Below, in pieces: positions 43,717-54,733 of a DNA stretch of 64,000 nucleotides. Every line of letters begins with the position of its first letter. Position 1 is the first letter of the stretch. Below the pieces are notes generated by a model, which saw only the letters and a program-made list of their open reading frames with translations, was not told the DNA's origin and searched no databases. The position numbers and the translations under genes were made by a program. Source of the DNA: an uncultured Acidobacteriota bacterium (GTDB taxonomy: Bacteria > Acidobacteriota > Vicinamibacteria > Vicinamibacterales > SCN-69-37); assembly GCA_963816795.1 (NCBI GenBank), contig CAWFLT010000006.1:32953-96952 (forward strand), in the 5' to 3' direction.

Positions 43717-44401
43717 TTACCCTTGCCGGCGCGTCGCGTCCATCGCCGCGCGCAGTTCGCGCACCGCGCGGGCAGCGCCGAGCGCCCCCGGCGTCCGCCC
43801 TTCCGGCAGATACACGCCGATTCCAGCGACGCCGGCGGCGCCGGCCGCGAGACACGCCGCGGCGCGGGCAGGCGTGATCCCGCCGATCGCCACCACCGGC
43901 CGGGCGGATGCAGCCGTCGCGGCGCGCAGCCCCTCCAGCCCTGCCAGCGGCGTGTCCGCCGGCTTTCGAGCCGCCGCTGAACACGGTGCCGAACAGCAGG
44001 TAGTCGGCCGACTGATGAGGATGGAGCGGCTCGCCGCGATGCACCGAGCGGCCGACGATCCAGTCCGACGGCCCCGAGCGCCCGGACCGGCCCGATGGCG
44101 GGACCATCCGCACGCAAATGCACCCCGTCGGCGCCGCCGCCAGCGCCACGTCGGCCCGCGCGTTGACGAGGACCATCGTCGGCGTCTCGCGCGTCCGGCG
44201 CACCACGCGCGACACGAGGCCCAGCAGCGCCGCTGCGGCGAGATCGCGCTCACGGACCTGAATGAGGTCGATTCCGGCCGCGATGGCCTCGTCCAGCCAG
44301 CGCTCGAGCGCGGCGATTTCGTCGGCCTCCGTGCGGGCGTCGGGATTGAGCAGCTTGCGAGCGGTGACCAGGACGAGAGTCGGGCGCGAGAGCGCCTTCA
44401 C
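43717..44401 (-). CDS. Second ThiE/TenI-family protein (frameshifted)
   Basis: IQVRERDL, VNARAD, GRSVH, DYLLFGTVF...[10 protein letters not shown] across three frames. Confidence 0.8.
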
Positions 44402-44775
44402 GGCTCGAGAGTGCGCGGACCGGCCCCGCCGGTCGCAGGTGCCGGGGGACCGAGAAACGAGAGGGTGAGATCGCGCAGACCGGCGATGGCCGTGATCACG
44501 CCGACGCCACTGACTGCGCCGCGCACGTACGAGTTGGCCATCCACGCCCCGAGCGTCGGCATCGTGTGCGCAAAGAAATTGCGGTCCCAGAAGCCGGTCC
44601 AGGGCGCCACGACCAGCACCAGCCCGGCTTCAACGAGATACGCGGCGACGAGCAGTCGAGTGACGAATCGGATGAGCTTCTCCCCGGCGCCAGGCGCGTC
44701 AGCCGGGCATCGTATCAAACAGGGACGGCGGTCGAAACGTGCGGCGGTGGACGGGCGAATACCCGAAGCGCTCAA
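44398..44775 (-). CDS. Small hypothetical membrane protein (true start probably downstream of 44775)
   Basis: Two hydrophobic helices; EAGLVLVVAPW..FWDRNFF, VRGAVSGVG. Confidence 0.6.
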   Translation of the reverse strand: MSASGIRPSTAARFDRRPCLIRCPADAPGAGEKLIRFVTRLLVAAYLVEAGLVLVVAPWTGFWDRNFFAHTMPTLGAWMANSYVRGAVSGVGVITAIAGLRDLTLSFLGPPAPATGGAGPRTLEP

Positions 44776-45322
44776 CGGCGTCGAGATGGTCGCGCGTCGC
44801 GTAACCCTTGTGGCGGTCGAAGCCGTAACGCGGATCCTGCGCGTGCAATTCGCCCATCAGCCGATCGCGCGTCACCTTGGCGAGGATCGACGCGGCGGCA
44901 ATCGCGGTGGACTTCCGGTCACCGCCGACGATGTTGCGCTGCGCAATCAACAGATCGGGGATGCGAAATCCGTCGACCAGCACGAATCCCGGCAGCGGGA
45001 CCAGCCCCATCACCGCCTGCCGCATGGCCTGGAGCGACGCTTTGTGAATGTTGATCCGATCGATTTCGGCCGCGTCGACGATGGCGACCGTCCAGGCGAC
45101 CGACGCGTTGATGATCTGATCGTAGAGCCGCTCGCGATCCTCGGCGGAGAGGACCTTCGAGTCCGCCACGCCCACCACGTAGTGCTCGGCTCTCAGCACC
45201 ACGGCTCCCGCGATGACCGGACCCGCCAGACAGCCGCGCCCGACTTCGTCGACGCCGGCGACGTGCAGGTACCCGAGCCGGCGCACGCTCTTTTCGATCG
45301 ATCGCGAGGCCCCGCGGCGCAT
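44699..45322 (-). CDS. rnhB: Ribonuclease HII
   Basis: AGVDEVGRGCLAGP, DSK, IAAASILAKVTRD, HKGY. Confidence 0.96.
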   Translation of the reverse strand: MRRGASRSIEKSVRRLGYLHVAGVDEVGRGCLAGPVIAGAVVLRAEHYVVGVADSKVLSAEDRERLYDQIINASVAWTVAIVDAAEIDRINIHKASLQAMRQAVMGLVPLPGFVLVDGFRIPDLLIAQRNIVGGDRKSTAIAAASILAKVTRDRLMGELHAQDPRYGFDRHKGYATRDHLDAVERFGYSPVHRRTFRPPSLFDTMPG

Positions 45323-45337
45323 CACCTGCATTGTAGA

Positions 45338-45445
45338 AGGCCCAAGGCCAAGGGCCCAAGGCCCAAGTTCCAGGAAGCGCGGCGAGGCGACAACGAGGTC
45401 AGCGTGGCTCTTCTGGGCCCTTGGCCTTGTGCCTTGTGCCTAGCC
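45338..45445. repeat. Heptamer inverted tandem repeat (AGGCCCA / TGKGCCT)
   Basis: Left arm AGGCCCA-like units 45338-45367; right arm of complementary units 45413-45445. Confidence 0.75.
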
Positions 45446-45789
45446 TATGCTCGCTTCTGCTCTTTCATCCTCGCCGCCTTGCCTCTCAGGTCGCGCAGGA
45501 AGTACAGCTTCGCGCGGCGGACTTTGGCGCCGCGGACGACATCGACCTTGTCGATGGTCGGCGAGTGCAGCGGAAAAATCCGCTCGACGCCCTGGCCGAA
45601 CGAGACCTTACGCACCGTGAAGGTGGCGTTGGTCCCGCCGCGGTGCATCCCGATCACGGTGCCTTCGAACACCTGGATGCGTTCCTTGTCGCCTTCGCGC
45701 ACCTTGACGTGCACGCGTACCGTGTCGCCAGAGCGCATCGACGGACGCTTTACCAGATGTCCGCTCTCCACCGCCTCAATCGCCTTCAT
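45445..45789 (-). CDS. rplS: 50S ribosomal protein L19
   Basis: [40 protein letters not shown]. Confidence 0.97.
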   Translation of the reverse strand: MKAIEAVESGHLVKRPSMRSGDTVRVHVKVREGDKERIQVFEGTVIGMHRGGTNATFTVRKVSFGQGVERIFPLHSPTIDKVDVVRGAKVRRAKLYFLRDLRGKAARMKEQKRA

Positions 45790-45816
45790 GATCACCCTCC
45801 GGGACTTCTTTGAATG

Positions 45817-45886
45817 GCGGGGACCCCTGCACCCCGCCAAGCGCGCTCACTTGTGGGGCCCCTTCGCCCCACGCCGTTCGCGCGCG
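45817..45886. repeat. REP-like double hairpin overlapping the trmD 3' end
   Basis: GGCGGGG-ACCCCTGCA-CCCCGCC and GTGGGGC-CCCTTC-GCCCCAC hairpins. Confidence 0.65.
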
Positions 45887-46614
45887 ATTTCTGTCGCCCG
45901 CTCGAGCTCACGCCGTTCCTCGGGCGTCAGCGCGGCCGCGTCGATCAAATCCGGCCGCCGATCCATCGTGCGTCGCACGCGCTCGCGGCGCCGCCACTGC
46001 TCGATCTCGCCGTGGTGCCCCGACAGCAGCACGTCGGGCACCGGGAGTCCGCGGCTCACCGCCGGCCGCGTGTAATGCGGGTGGTCGAGCAACCCGCGCA
46101 CGAACGAATCGGCCGCCACCGAATCGGCATCGCCCACCACCCCGGGCACGAGCCGCACCACCGCGTCCACCACGACCAGCGCCGGCAACTCGCCGCCGGT
46201 GAGCACGTAGTCACCGATCGAGATCTCGTCGGTGACCAGCCGATCGACGACACGCTCGTCGATCCCTTCGTACCGGCCGCACAGCACAACGATCCGATCC
46301 AGCCGGCTCAGCCGCTCCGCTTCGGCGTGCGAAAAGCGGCGTCCTTGCGGCGTCATCAGCAGTACCGCCGATGGTTCGCCGCGCGTCTCCCGAATCGCGT
46401 CGACGGCCCGGAACCACGGCTCCGGCGTCATCACCATCCCCGGGCCGCCACCGTACGGCACATCGTCCACCGTGCGATGGCGATCGTCCGTGTAGTCGCG
46501 CAAGTCGCGCACCTGAATGTCGACGAGCCCTGACGCCCTGGCGCGGCCGACCACTCCTTCCGCAAGCGCGGCCTCGACCATCTTCGGAAAGATCGTGACG
46601 ATATCGGCCTTCAT
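45847..46614 (-). CDS. trmD: tRNA (guanine37-N1)-methyltransferase
   Basis: VDDVPYGGGPGM, CGRYEGIDER, SIGDYVLTGGE, HYTRP. Confidence 0.97.
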   Translation of the reverse strand: MKADIVTIFPKMVEAALAEGVVGRARASGLVDIQVRDLRDYTDDRHRTVDDVPYGGGPGMVMTPEPWFRAVDAIRETRGEPSAVLLMTPQGRRFSHAEAERLSRLDRIVVLCGRYEGIDERVVDRLVTDEISIGDYVLTGGELPALVVVDAVVRLVPGVVGDADSVAADSFVRGLLDHPHYTRPAVSRGLPVPDVLLSGHHGEIEQWRRRERVRRTMDRRPDLIDAAALTPEERRELERATEIARERRGAKGPHK

Positions 46615-47135
46615 CCGTTCAGCTCAACCAGCCCTTCGGGCGGGTCGATCACGATCACTTTCGCTGCGACGTCGATCCGCCGGCAGATGGCCTCCGCCAG
46701 CGGTACCAGCACTTCTCCGCGCGGCGCCGCGACGACCAGGAGCGGCGGGCCACTGCCCAACTGAACCGCCGTCACTTCTCCGACCAGCGTGCCGTCCGCA
46801 GTCCGTACTGCGCATCCGGCGAGATCATGCGCGTAGAACACGCCTTCACCGAGCGGTCGCAACTCGACGGCGGGGATGAACAGCTCGAGCCCCCGCAATT
46901 GCTCGGCCTCGTTCATCGAGGTCACGCCGACGAAGCCGACGACCCACCGCCCCTGATGCGGAAAGCTGGCCGCAATGGCCAGCGTCGAGGGCTGTCCGTC
47001 CCGCACGCAGTGCAGGGTGGCGCCGGCCGCGAACCGCTCGCTCCCGAAATCCGTTTCGGGCGCGACGACGACCTGCCCCTTGATCCCGTGCGGCCGCACG
47101 ACCTGTCCGACCGTCACCATCGACGGGTCGGCCAT
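46611..47135 (-). CDS. rimM: 16S rRNA processing protein RimM
   Basis: VGQVVRPHGIKG, FY..DL.G, VLVP; operon context. Confidence 0.93.
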   Translation of the reverse strand: MADPSMVTVGQVVRPHGIKGQVVVAPETDFGSERFAAGATLHCVRDGQPSTLAIAASFPHQGRWVVGFVGVTSMNEAEQLRGLELFIPAVELRPLGEGVFYAHDLAGCAVRTADGTLVGEVTAVQLGSGPPLLVVAAPRGEVLVPLAEAICRRIDVAAKVIVIDPPEGLVELNG

Positions 47136-47141
47136 CCGCGG

Positions 47142-47384
47142 CTACTCGTCGAGAAACTCGACGGCGACCCGCTGCTCGTCGAGCTCACCGGCGGCGATCG
47201 CCAGCGTCCGGACGGCCGCGGCCGTTCGCCCCTGACGCCCGATCACGCGGCCGAGCTCGCCCGGCGCCATCGTCAACTCGACGACGGTGAGCCCGCGGCG
47301 CTCGACCTCGGTGACTTCGACGCCGTCAGGCGTCGCGGCGAGCGCGCGCGCTACGACTTCGACGACGTCACGGGCGCGGCTCAC
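47142..47384 (-). CDS. khpA: KH-domain RNA-binding protein
   Basis: LGRVIGRQGRTA; lies between rpsP and rimM. Confidence 0.9.
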   Translation of the reverse strand: MSRARDVVEVVARALAATPDGVEVTEVERRGLTVVELTMAPGELGRVIGRQGRTAAAVRTLAIAAGELDEQRVAVEFLDE

Positions 47385-47650
47385 GATGCGGCCGGGACCT
47401 CGGCCGCCGGCGGCGCCGGCGGCATCCGATCGACCAGCGTCCGCACCGTATCCGACGGACGGGCACCGGCCTTCATCCAGTGAGCGAGCCGTTCGCGATC
47501 GATCTCGAGCTTTTCCGGCTTGGTCCGCGGGTTGTAGTGGCCGAGCACTTCCACGAAGCGCCCGTCGCGCGCCGACTTGGCTTCGGTCACGACCACCCGA
47601 TAGAACGCGCGGTTCTTCGAACCCGCGCGTCGCATTCTGATCACCAACAT
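47381..47650 (-). CDS. rpsP: 30S ribosomal protein S16
   Basis: IRMRRAGSK, YRVVV, RDGRFVEVLGHYNP, GARPSDTV. Confidence 0.97.
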   Translation of the reverse strand: MLVIRMRRAGSKNRAFYRVVVTEAKSARDGRFVEVLGHYNPRTKPEKLEIDRERLAHWMKAGARPSDTVRTLVDRMPPAPPAAEVPAAS

Positions 47651-47676
47651 CTGACTCTCCTCTGGTCTTTCTTAAC

Positions 47677-47797
47677 CGCGTGGGCCCCACCCCACGCTTC
47701 GGACGCTCGGGGCTCGCTACGCTCGCGCCCTCGCGGTGTCTGCGTCCGCTGGCTCTTCTCCGTGCCCTCTAGCTCTTCTCCGTGGCCTCGTTCTTAT
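47677..47797. repeat. Composite REP-like element (copy 2)
   Basis: GCGTGGGCCCCACCCCACGC hairpin plus GCTCTTCTCCGTGSCCTC twice; homologous to 27328-27436. Confidence 0.75.
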
Positions 47798-49151
47798 CCG
47801 AGGCCCTCAGCATGCCCATGAGCTTCCGCTTTCCTTTACGCCCACCGCCGGCCATGCCGCCGACCGCCTTCAGCATCTTCCGCATCTGCACGAATTGCTT
47901 GAGCAGCCGGTTGATCTCTTCGACGGTCGTGCCGCTGCCGCGCGCGATGCGCTTGCGGCGGCTGCCGTTGATGAGGCCGTGATTGCGCCGCTCCCTGGTC
48001 GTCATCGAGTTGATAATCGCCTCGATCCGGCCAAGCTGCCCCTCGTCCATCTGCTCACGCGCCTGATTCGCCTGCTTCAGCGCGCCGAACCCCGGAATCA
48101 TTCCGAGGACCTGCTCCAGCGGCCCCATTTTCTTGATGGCCCGCAACTGATCCCGAAAATCCTCGAGCGTGAAGTCGTCCAGGCTGGTCTTCTGCTCCAG
48201 CTTGGCGCGCGTCTCGTCGTCGATCGCCTCTTCGGCGCGCTCGATGAGCGAGAGCACGTCGCCCATGCCGAGCATCCGGGAGACCAGACGGTCGGCATGA
48301 AACGGCTCCAGATCCTGCACGCGCTCACCGACGCCGACAAACGCGATCGGCACGCCGACGACGCCGACCACCGACAGCGCGGCGCCACCCCGCGCGTCGC
48401 CGTCCATCTTCGTCAGAACGACGCCGGTGACGCCGATCCGCGCGTTGAACTCACCCGCGCTCTTCACCGCGTCCTGACCGGTCATCGAGTCGGCGACGTA
48501 GAGCAAATCGCTCGGCTCGACCGCTGCCTTGATCGCCTCGAGCTCGACCATCAGCTCGTCGTCGATGTGGAGCCGGCCGGCGGTGTCCACGATCAGCGTG
48601 TCGAACCCGAGGTTCTTCGTCGCCGCCAGCGCCCCAGTCGCCCGCGCGACTGGATCCATTTCGCCGGCCGGGTCATGCACACGCACGCCGAGTTGCTGCG
48701 CCAGCACTGACAACTGCTGAATCGCGGCGGGCCGGCGCACGTCGGTCGAGACGAGCATCGGATGCCGATGCTGCTTTTCGAGCCACCGCGCCAGCTTCGC
48801 CGACGTCGTCGTCTTGCCCGAGCCCTGCAGACCGAGCATCAAGACCACACGCGGCGCGCGCGCACCAATCGACAGCCCACCCGGCGCATCGCCGAACAGA
48901 CCCAGCATCTCGTCGCGCACGATCCGGACCACGTGCTGGCCCGGCGTCAGGCTGCGCAGGACTTCCTCGCCGACTGCCTTCACGCGCACGCGATCGACGA
49001 ACGCCTTGACGACGCGGAAGTTGACGTCCGCCTCGAGCAACGCCAGCCGAATCTCGCGCAACGCGGCATCGACTATCGCTTCGGTGAGTCTGGCTTCGCC
49101 GCGGAGGCTTTTGAAAACGTCCTGCAGGCGGGTGCTGAGTGACTCGAACAT
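47769..49151 (-). CDS. ffh: Signal recognition particle protein
   Basis: GLQGSGKTT, DTAGR, TKMDGDARGGAALS, SRRKRIARGSG. Confidence 0.97.
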   Translation of the reverse strand: MFESLSTRLQDVFKSLRGEARLTEAIVDAALREIRLALLEADVNFRVVKAFVDRVRVKAVGEEVLRSLTPGQHVVRIVRDEMLGLFGDAPGGLSIGARAPRVVLMLGLQGSGKTTTSAKLARWLEKQHRHPMLVSTDVRRPAAIQQLSVLAQQLGVRVHDPAGEMDPVARATGALAATKNLGFDTLIVDTAGRLHIDDELMVELEAIKAAVEPSDLLYVADSMTGQDAVKSAGEFNARIGVTGVVLTKMDGDARGGAALSVVGVVGVPIAFVGVGERVQDLEPFHADRLVSRMLGMGDVLSLIERAEEAIDDETRAKLEQKTSLDDFTLEDFRDQLRAIKKMGPLEQVLGMIPGFGALKQANQAREQMDEGQLGRIEAIINSMTTRERRNHGLINGSRRKRIARGSGTTVEEINRLLKQFVQMRKMLKAVGGMAGGGRKGKRKLMGMLRASDKNEATEKS

Positions 49152-49272
49152 GCTGACAACCCGCCCGACCCGGCAGGCCCCACTGGCACTAACCGGCTCT
49201 AGCGCAAACAGTTATGGTAGCCGAAGGGCCGGGCAGCCGGCAAGGTCGAATGGGCGGCCCGCGCGGCAGGCG

Positions 49273-50517
49273 CTAAACACCCTTCAGCCGATGCCCCAGC
49301 TTGTCCTTCTTGGTCTTCAGGTAGCGTCTGGTGAATTCCGTCGCCGGGCTGACTTCGAGGGGGAGCGACTCGACGATGGACATGCCGTAGCCCTCGAGGC
49401 CGACGAATTTCCTGGGGTTGTTGGTCAGGAGGCGCATCGTCCGGATGCCCAGGTCGCGAAGTATCTGGGCCCCGATGCCGTAGTCGCGCTGATCGGCCTT
49501 GAAGCCGAGCCGCTCGTTGGCTTCCACCGTATCGAGGCCCTGATCCTGGAGCGCGTAGGCGCGAATCTTGTTGGCCAGCCCAATGCCCCGTCCTTCCTGA
49601 TGGAGATAAAGGAGGACGCCGCGCCCTTCCTGCGCGATGCGCTCCATGGCGGTCTCGAGCTGCGATCCGCAATCGCAACGGGTGGAGTGGAACACATCAC
49701 CGGTCAGGCAGCGTGAATGTACCCGGACCATGACGTCTGCGCCATCGCCCACCTCGCCACGAACGAGTGCGACATGCGACTTGCCGTCGAGCAGGCTCTC
49801 GTAGACGTTGACCTGAAAGAGCCCGTGCTCGGTCGGGAGTGAAGCCTGTGCCGCGCGTTTCACCAGCCCCTCGGTCTGCATCCGGTAGCGGATCAGGTCC
49901 GCGATCGTGATCATCAGGAGGCCATGCCGCCGGGCGAACTTGGTCAGTTCGGGCACCCGCGCCATCGTCCCGTCCTGGTTCATGACTTCGCAGATCACCC
50001 CGGCCGGGGCCAGACCGCCGATGCGCGCGAGGTCGACCGACGCTTCCGTGTGTCCCGCCCGTTCGAGCACGCCGCCCAGCCGCGCACGCAGCGGAAACAC
50101 GTGGCCGGGCCGCGCGAGATCTCGCGGCTTGGTGTCAGGACTGATGGCCACATGAATGGTCCGCGCCCGGTCGGCCGCGGAGACGCCGGTTGTCGTGTCG
50201 GCTTTCGCATCGATGGAGACGCACATCGCCGTCTCTCGCCGCGACGAATTGTCGGCCACTTCGAGCGGCACGTCGAGCTCGTCGAGCCGGTCCGGCGTCA
50301 AGGCGAGGCACACGAGACCGCGGCCGTGCTTCACCATGAAGTTGACCGCCGCCGGCGTCACCTTTGACGCCGCCATCGTCAAATCGCCTTCGTTCTCACG
50401 ATCCTCGTCGTCGACGACGACGATCATCTCGCCGCGCTGGATCGCCGCGACCGCCTGGTCGATGGAGGCGAACGGCGACCGCTTGCGTCGAGATCCCTTA
50501 GCGAGCTGAATGCTCAT
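49273..50517 (-). CDS. ribBA: Bifunctional DHBP synthase / GTP cyclohydrolase II
   Basis: [34 protein letters not shown]...[16 protein letters not shown]. Confidence 0.96.
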   Translation of the reverse strand: MSIQLAKGSRRKRSPFASIDQAVAAIQRGEMIVVVDDEDRENEGDLTMAASKVTPAAVNFMVKHGRGLVCLALTPDRLDELDVPLEVADNSSRRETAMCVSIDAKADTTTGVSAADRARTIHVAISPDTKPRDLARPGHVFPLRARLGGVLERAGHTEASVDLARIGGLAPAGVICEVMNQDGTMARVPELTKFARRHGLLMITIADLIRYRMQTEGLVKRAAQASLPTEHGLFQVNVYESLLDGKSHVALVRGEVGDGADVMVRVHSRCLTGDVFHSTRCDCGSQLETAMERIAQEGRGVLLYLHQEGRGIGLANKIRAYALQDQGLDTVEANERLGFKADQRDYGIGAQILRDLGIRTMRLLTNNPRKFVGLEGYGMSIVESLPLEVSPATEFTRRYLKTKKDKLGHRLKGV

Positions 50518-51100
50518 GCTGCAACTGTCTGGCCACGTACTTGCCGAGGACATCGCCCTCGAGGTTGACCGGATCGCCTGCGCGGGCCTCGCGAAGCGAC
50601 GTGTGGTCGAACGTGAAAGGAACGATCTGGACCCCGACGCGCAGGCCCGCAAGTGCCGCGACGGTCAGGCTGATGCCATCGATAGCGATCGATCCCTTCG
50701 GAATGACGAGCGGCGACAACACGGCCGGCACCTCGACGTCGAGCCAGTGGCACTCGCCGTCCGGTTCGGCACGGAGGATCGTGCCAATCGCGTCCACGTG
50801 CCCGAGCACGAAGTGCCCGCCCAGGCGGGCGTCGGCGCGAAGCGGCCGTTCGAGATTGACGGTGCGTCCGACGGTCATCGTTCGCAGCGTGGTCACCCGC
50901 AGCGTCTCGGGCGAGACGACCGTTTCGAACCCGCTGGCATCGTTGGCCATGACCGTGAGACAGATCCCGCTCACCGCGATGCTGTCTCCCGGTGCGAGCT
51001 CGGCGCCGAGCCGCGAAGCGATCCGCAGGCGGCGCGCCGACTCGTCGAGCGCATCGAACGCCTCGACCACTCCGGTCGCCTCAATCAGCCCTGTGAACAC
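50498..51100 (-). CDS. ribE: Riboflavin synthase
   Basis: [39 protein letters not shown]. Confidence 0.95.
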   Translation of the reverse strand: MFTGLIEATGVVEAFDALDESARRLRIASRLGAELAPGDSIAVSGICLTVMANDASGFETVVSPETLRVTTLRTMTVGRTVNLERPLRADARLGGHFVLGHVDAIGTILRAEPDGECHWLDVEVPAVLSPLVIPKGSIAIDGISLTVAALAGLRVGVQIVPFTFDHTSLREARAGDPVNLEGDVLGKYVARQLQHEHSAR

Positions 51101-52167
51101 TCGAACTCCGTCAAGACGTCGTCGCCCAATCGCACGACCCGGCGCACCGTTCCCGGCGCCGTCACGAGCGCGGGGGCGGCAGGGACGCCACTGCCAAGCC
51201 GCACCGGGGTCACGACGCGCTGCAACCGATCGACCGCTCCGGCGCGCGCAAACTCGGACTGAAGCGAAGGGCCGCCTTCAACCAGCAGCCAGAGGACGCC
51301 GCGCCCGGCGAGCGCCTCGAGCATGGGACCCAGGTCGGGCACGTCAAACGGGCACAAAGTCGCGCCGCGCTGGCGAAGCGCCTCGGCGTCGTGCGGCCGC
51401 GCGGCCACCTGCTCGCCCGACACCATCATTATGACTGGCCCAGCGGCCAGGGTCGACCAGATGCGCGCCGCCGGCGTGATCCGCATCCGCCAGTCGAACA
51501 ACACGCGGGTCAACGGGCGATACCGGTAGACGCCGCGCACGGTCAGCAGCGGATCGTCGGTGAGCACCGTGCTGCTGCCGACCGCGATGGCGTCGATTTC
51601 CGCCCGCTGGCGATGGAAGAACCGATCGGCGGCCGGGCCGGTCATCGTGACGCGTCGATCCGCGCGGCCGACAAATCCGTCGGCGGAGATCGCCGTCTTG
51701 AGCGTGACGAATGGACGGCGCCGCGTGACCCACCTGAAAAACGGTGCGTTGAGCTCGGCGGCGTCGATCCCGCCGACGCCTTCGAGGACGTCAACGCCGT
51801 TGGCGCGCAGCTTCGCGAAGCCGGCACCCGCGACACGCGGGTTCGGATCGCGGACGGCCGCCACGACCCGGCTGACGCCTGCCGCGACAATGCGATCCAC
51901 ACAGGGCCCCGTACGTCCGGTGTGGGCGCACGGCTCGAGCGTGCAGTACAGCGCCGCGCCACGGGCCCGATCCCCCGCCGCGTCAAGCGCCACCACTTCG
52001 GCGTGCGGCCCGCCGGCCTCGAGATGCGCGCCTTGTCCGACCACGATGCCGCGCTCGTCAACGACCACGGCGCCGACAATCGGATTGGGCGCCGTGCGTC
52101 CACGGCCGCGCTCGGCCACGAGCAGCGCGCGCTCCATGAACGTCCCGTCGCGCGGGTCAGTTACCAC
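51085..52167 (-). CDS. ribD: Riboflavin deaminase/reductase
   Basis: [32 protein letters not shown]. Confidence 0.95.
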   Translation of the reverse strand: MVTDPRDGTFMERALLVAERGRGRTAPNPIVGAVVVDERGIVVGQGAHLEAGGPHAEVVALDAAGDRARGAALYCTLEPCAHTGRTGPCVDRIVAAGVSRVVAAVRDPNPRVAGAGFAKLRANGVDVLEGVGGIDAAELNAPFFRWVTRRRPFVTLKTAISADGFVGRADRRVTMTGPAADRFFHRQRAEIDAIAVGSSTVLTDDPLLTVRGVYRYRPLTRVLFDWRMRITPAARIWSTLAAGPVIMMVSGEQVAARPHDAEALRQRGATLCPFDVPDLGPMLEALAGRGVLWLLVEGGPSLQSEFARAGAVDRLQRVVTPVRLGSGVPAAPALVTAPGTVRRVVRLGDDVLTEFECSQG

Positions 52168-53114
52168 TTGTCCGTGAAAAGCGCGTCCACGTAGGTCGCC
52201 GGATCGAACGGGATCAGGTCGTCGATCGTCTCGCCGACGCCGACATAGCGGATCGGCAGCTTCAGCTCGTGGGCAATCGCCACTGCGACGCCGCCCTTGG
52301 CCGTGCCGTCGAGCTTGGTGAGTACGATCCCGTTGGCGCCGCTCGCCGCCATGAACTCCCGCGCCTGGACCAGACCGTTCTGTCCCACGGTCGCGTCGAG
52401 GACGAGCAAGACCTCGTGTGGCGCTCCCGCGACTTCCCTGCCGACCACGCGCCGAATCTTGTCGAGCTCGGCCATCAGGTTGGCGCGTGTGTGCAGCCGA
52501 CCGGCAGTGTCGACGATGACGATCTCATGGCCCCGGGCCTTTGCCGCCGAGACGGCATCGAACGTCACCGCCGCCGGATCTGCCCCACCGGACGCGCGTA
52601 CGAGATCCACGCCGGCGCGGCTGGTCCAGATCGCAAGTTGTTCAACCGCCGCCGCACGGAACGTATCGGCCGCACAGACGAGCACGCTCTGCCCGCCGGT
52701 CTTGTAGAGGTTGGCCAACTTCCCGACCGTCGTTGTCTTGCCCGTGCCGTTGACGCCGACGACCAGCACGACGTGCGGACGTGTCGACGGGGCTGCGGCC
52801 GGGCGCACGTCCGTCAGCAGGCCCAGCATCACCCGCTTGACCCGCTCGGAAATGGAACCGCGCCGCTCGTCACGGACGGCGCCGACGATGAGCTCGGTGG
52901 CTGGAAGCCCGACATCGGCCGCAATCAGCGCGTCCTCGAGCGCCTCGATGGTGTCGAGCCCGACCGGACGACCGGCGGCCGGAGCGCTCGACGACGCGGA
53001 CGCGGCGGCGGGCGCCGCTTCCGATTCGCTTCCCGCGACGTCACCGAGCCGTTCGCGAATCTGGCGTGCGGTCTTGGCGAGGCCGGACTTGAGCCGGTCG
53101 AAGAACGACGCCAT
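52161..53114 (-). CDS. ftsY: SRP receptor FtsY
   Basis: [32 protein letters not shown]. Confidence 0.96.
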   Translation of the reverse strand: MASFFDRLKSGLAKTARQIRERLGDVAGSESEAAPAAASASSSAPAAGRPVGLDTIEALEDALIAADVGLPATELIVGAVRDERRGSISERVKRVMLGLLTDVRPAAAPSTRPHVVLVVGVNGTGKTTTVGKLANLYKTGGQSVLVCAADTFRAAAVEQLAIWTSRAGVDLVRASGGADPAAVTFDAVSAAKARGHEIVIVDTAGRLHTRANLMAELDKIRRVVGREVAGAPHEVLLVLDATVGQNGLVQAREFMAASGANGIVLTKLDGTAKGGVAVAIAHELKLPIRYVGVGETIDDLIPFDPATYVDALFTDKW

Positions 53115-53116
53115 CG

Positions 53117-54142
53117 TCAGCTCACCACGTCGTCAACTTCATCGCGCTGCGGCCGGACCATCAAATCGACGACCGCCTCACGCGGCTGCTTGCGGCCGCT
53201 GAGCACGGCTTCTATCTGCGCCGCGATCGGGAGCTCGACGCCAACCCGCTTTCCCAGCGCAAGCGCCGCGGTCGTCGTACGAACACCTTCCGCAACCATC
53301 CGCATGCCTCCGAGAATCTCGTCGAGCGTCCGACCCCGGCCGAGCTCGAGACCAACGTGGCGGTTGCGGCTGAGCTCGCCAGTGCACGTCAGCACCAGAT
53401 CGCCCAGACCGCTCAATCCGGCGAGCGTCTCGCGCCGCCCGCCCATCGCGCCGGCCAGCCGCGAAATCTCGACCAGCCCGCGCGTGATCAACGCCGACAG
53501 CGCATTGTGGCCGAGCTCCATCGACTGGGTGACGCCGGCGGCAATCGCGATGATGTTCTTGAGCGCCGCGCCCAGTTCGACACCGACGACGTCGTCGGAT
53601 CGATAGAGGCGAAACGCCGGGCCGCGAAACTCCGCCTGGACCGAACGGACGGCGGTCGCATCCACTGATGCCGCGACGAGCGCGGTTGGCAGGTGCCTGG
53701 CGACTTCCGCCGCAAAGCTCGGACCGGACAGCACCACCACCGGATGGGCGCCGTGAGTTTCCTCCGCGATCACCTCTGACATCCGCTGCAGCGTGTCGTT
53801 TTCCAGCCCCTTGGTCGCGCTCACGAGCACTGCGTCGGCCGGAATATGCGGCGCCGCCGCGCGAACGACACTACGCAACCCGTGCGATGGCACGGCCACA
53901 ATCACGTGGCGCGCCCCCGCCAGCGCTTCGGCGATCTCCGGCGACGGCTGCAACAGATCGGGAAACGGGAGGCCTGGAAGATACGTCGGATTCGATCGCT
54001 GCCGGATCATCTCGTCGATCAGCGCGCGATCACGTCCCCACAGTGCGACGGTGCGGCCGATGCTGCCAAGATGCACGGCGAGCGCCGTGCCCCAACTGCC
54101 AGCGCCGAGCACCGCGGCTCGGCCTGTCACGTCATCGTGCAT
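53117..54142 (-). CDS. gpsA: NAD(P)H-dependent glycerol-3-phosphate dehydrogenase
   Basis: [33 protein letters not shown]...SRN. Confidence 0.96.
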   Translation of the reverse strand: MHDDVTGRAAVLGAGSWGTALAVHLGSIGRTVALWGRDRALIDEMIRQRSNPTYLPGLPFPDLLQPSPEIAEALAGARHVIVAVPSHGLRSVVRAAAPHIPADAVLVSATKGLENDTLQRMSEVIAEETHGAHPVVVLSGPSFAAEVARHLPTALVAASVDATAVRSVQAEFRGPAFRLYRSDDVVGVELGAALKNIIAIAAGVTQSMELGHNALSALITRGLVEISRLAGAMGGRRETLAGLSGLGDLVLTCTGELSRNRHVGLELGRGRTLDEILGGMRMVAEGVRTTTAALALGKRVGVELPIAAQIEAVLSGRKQPREAVVDLMVRPQRDEVDDVVS

Positions 54143-54154
54143 GCTTCGAACATT

Positions 54155-54733
54155 CTATGGCGCGGCGAGCATCGTGTGTTGCAGCGCCCGGTAGCTGGGC
54201 GCCGATCCCGACAGATCGCTCTCGAAGAGCGTGACGCGATCGATCGGCCAACGATCGGCGGGCACACGCACCGTTTCGACGCGCGCGCGCACATCGTGAA
54301 CGCGCCGGCGGTGAGCGTCGCGCACTCTGGCCAGCGTCACGTGCGGCGAGAACGGGCGCGACTCGGTGGGGACGCCGAGCGCGGTCAGCCGCTCGCCGAG
54401 CGCGTCGCGCACCCGTCCGATCGCGCCGGCGGGCGTCACCGAGAGCCACACGACGCGCGGCGGCCCGGCGCCCGGAAACGTGCCGATGGCGTCAACGGTC
54501 GCGGCGATGGGCGGAAGGGGCACCGGCCGTTCCAATACGTGAATGAGGCGGTCGCGCAGATCATCGGCCACCGTGCCGACGAAGATCAGCGTGACGTGCA
54601 GATGCTCCGGACGCACCCAGCGGAGCGCGGCGGCCGTGTCGCCGGCGGCAAGACGAACGCGTTCGGCGACGCGTGCCAGTCGGTCGCGCGTCTCGGCGTC
54701 AGGCGCGAGCGCGAGAAACAGGCGGGAGGGCAT
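54155..54733 (-). CDS. thpR: RNA 2',3'-cyclic phosphodiesterase (2H family)
   Basis: RLFLAL and two HxT motifs (LHVTL, PHVTL). Confidence 0.9.
   Translation of the reverse strand: MPSRLFLALAPDAETRDRLARVAERVRLAAGDTAAALRWVRPEHLHVTLIFVGTVADDLRDRLIHVLERPVPLPPIAATVDAIGTFPGAGPPRVVWLSVTPAGAIGRVRDALGERLTALGVPTESRPFSPHVTLARVRDAHRRRVHDVRARVETVRVPADRWPIDRVTLFESDLSGSAPSYRALQHTMLAAP

Noticed and set aside
49152-49272. Possible SRP RNA or FMN riboswitch between ffh and ribBA
   Set aside because: No SRP helix-8 motif or FMN aptamer motifs, and the position is downstream of the rib genes
49273-52167. ribH missing from the rib cluster
   Set aside because: ribH is often encoded elsewhere; cannot be judged from one window
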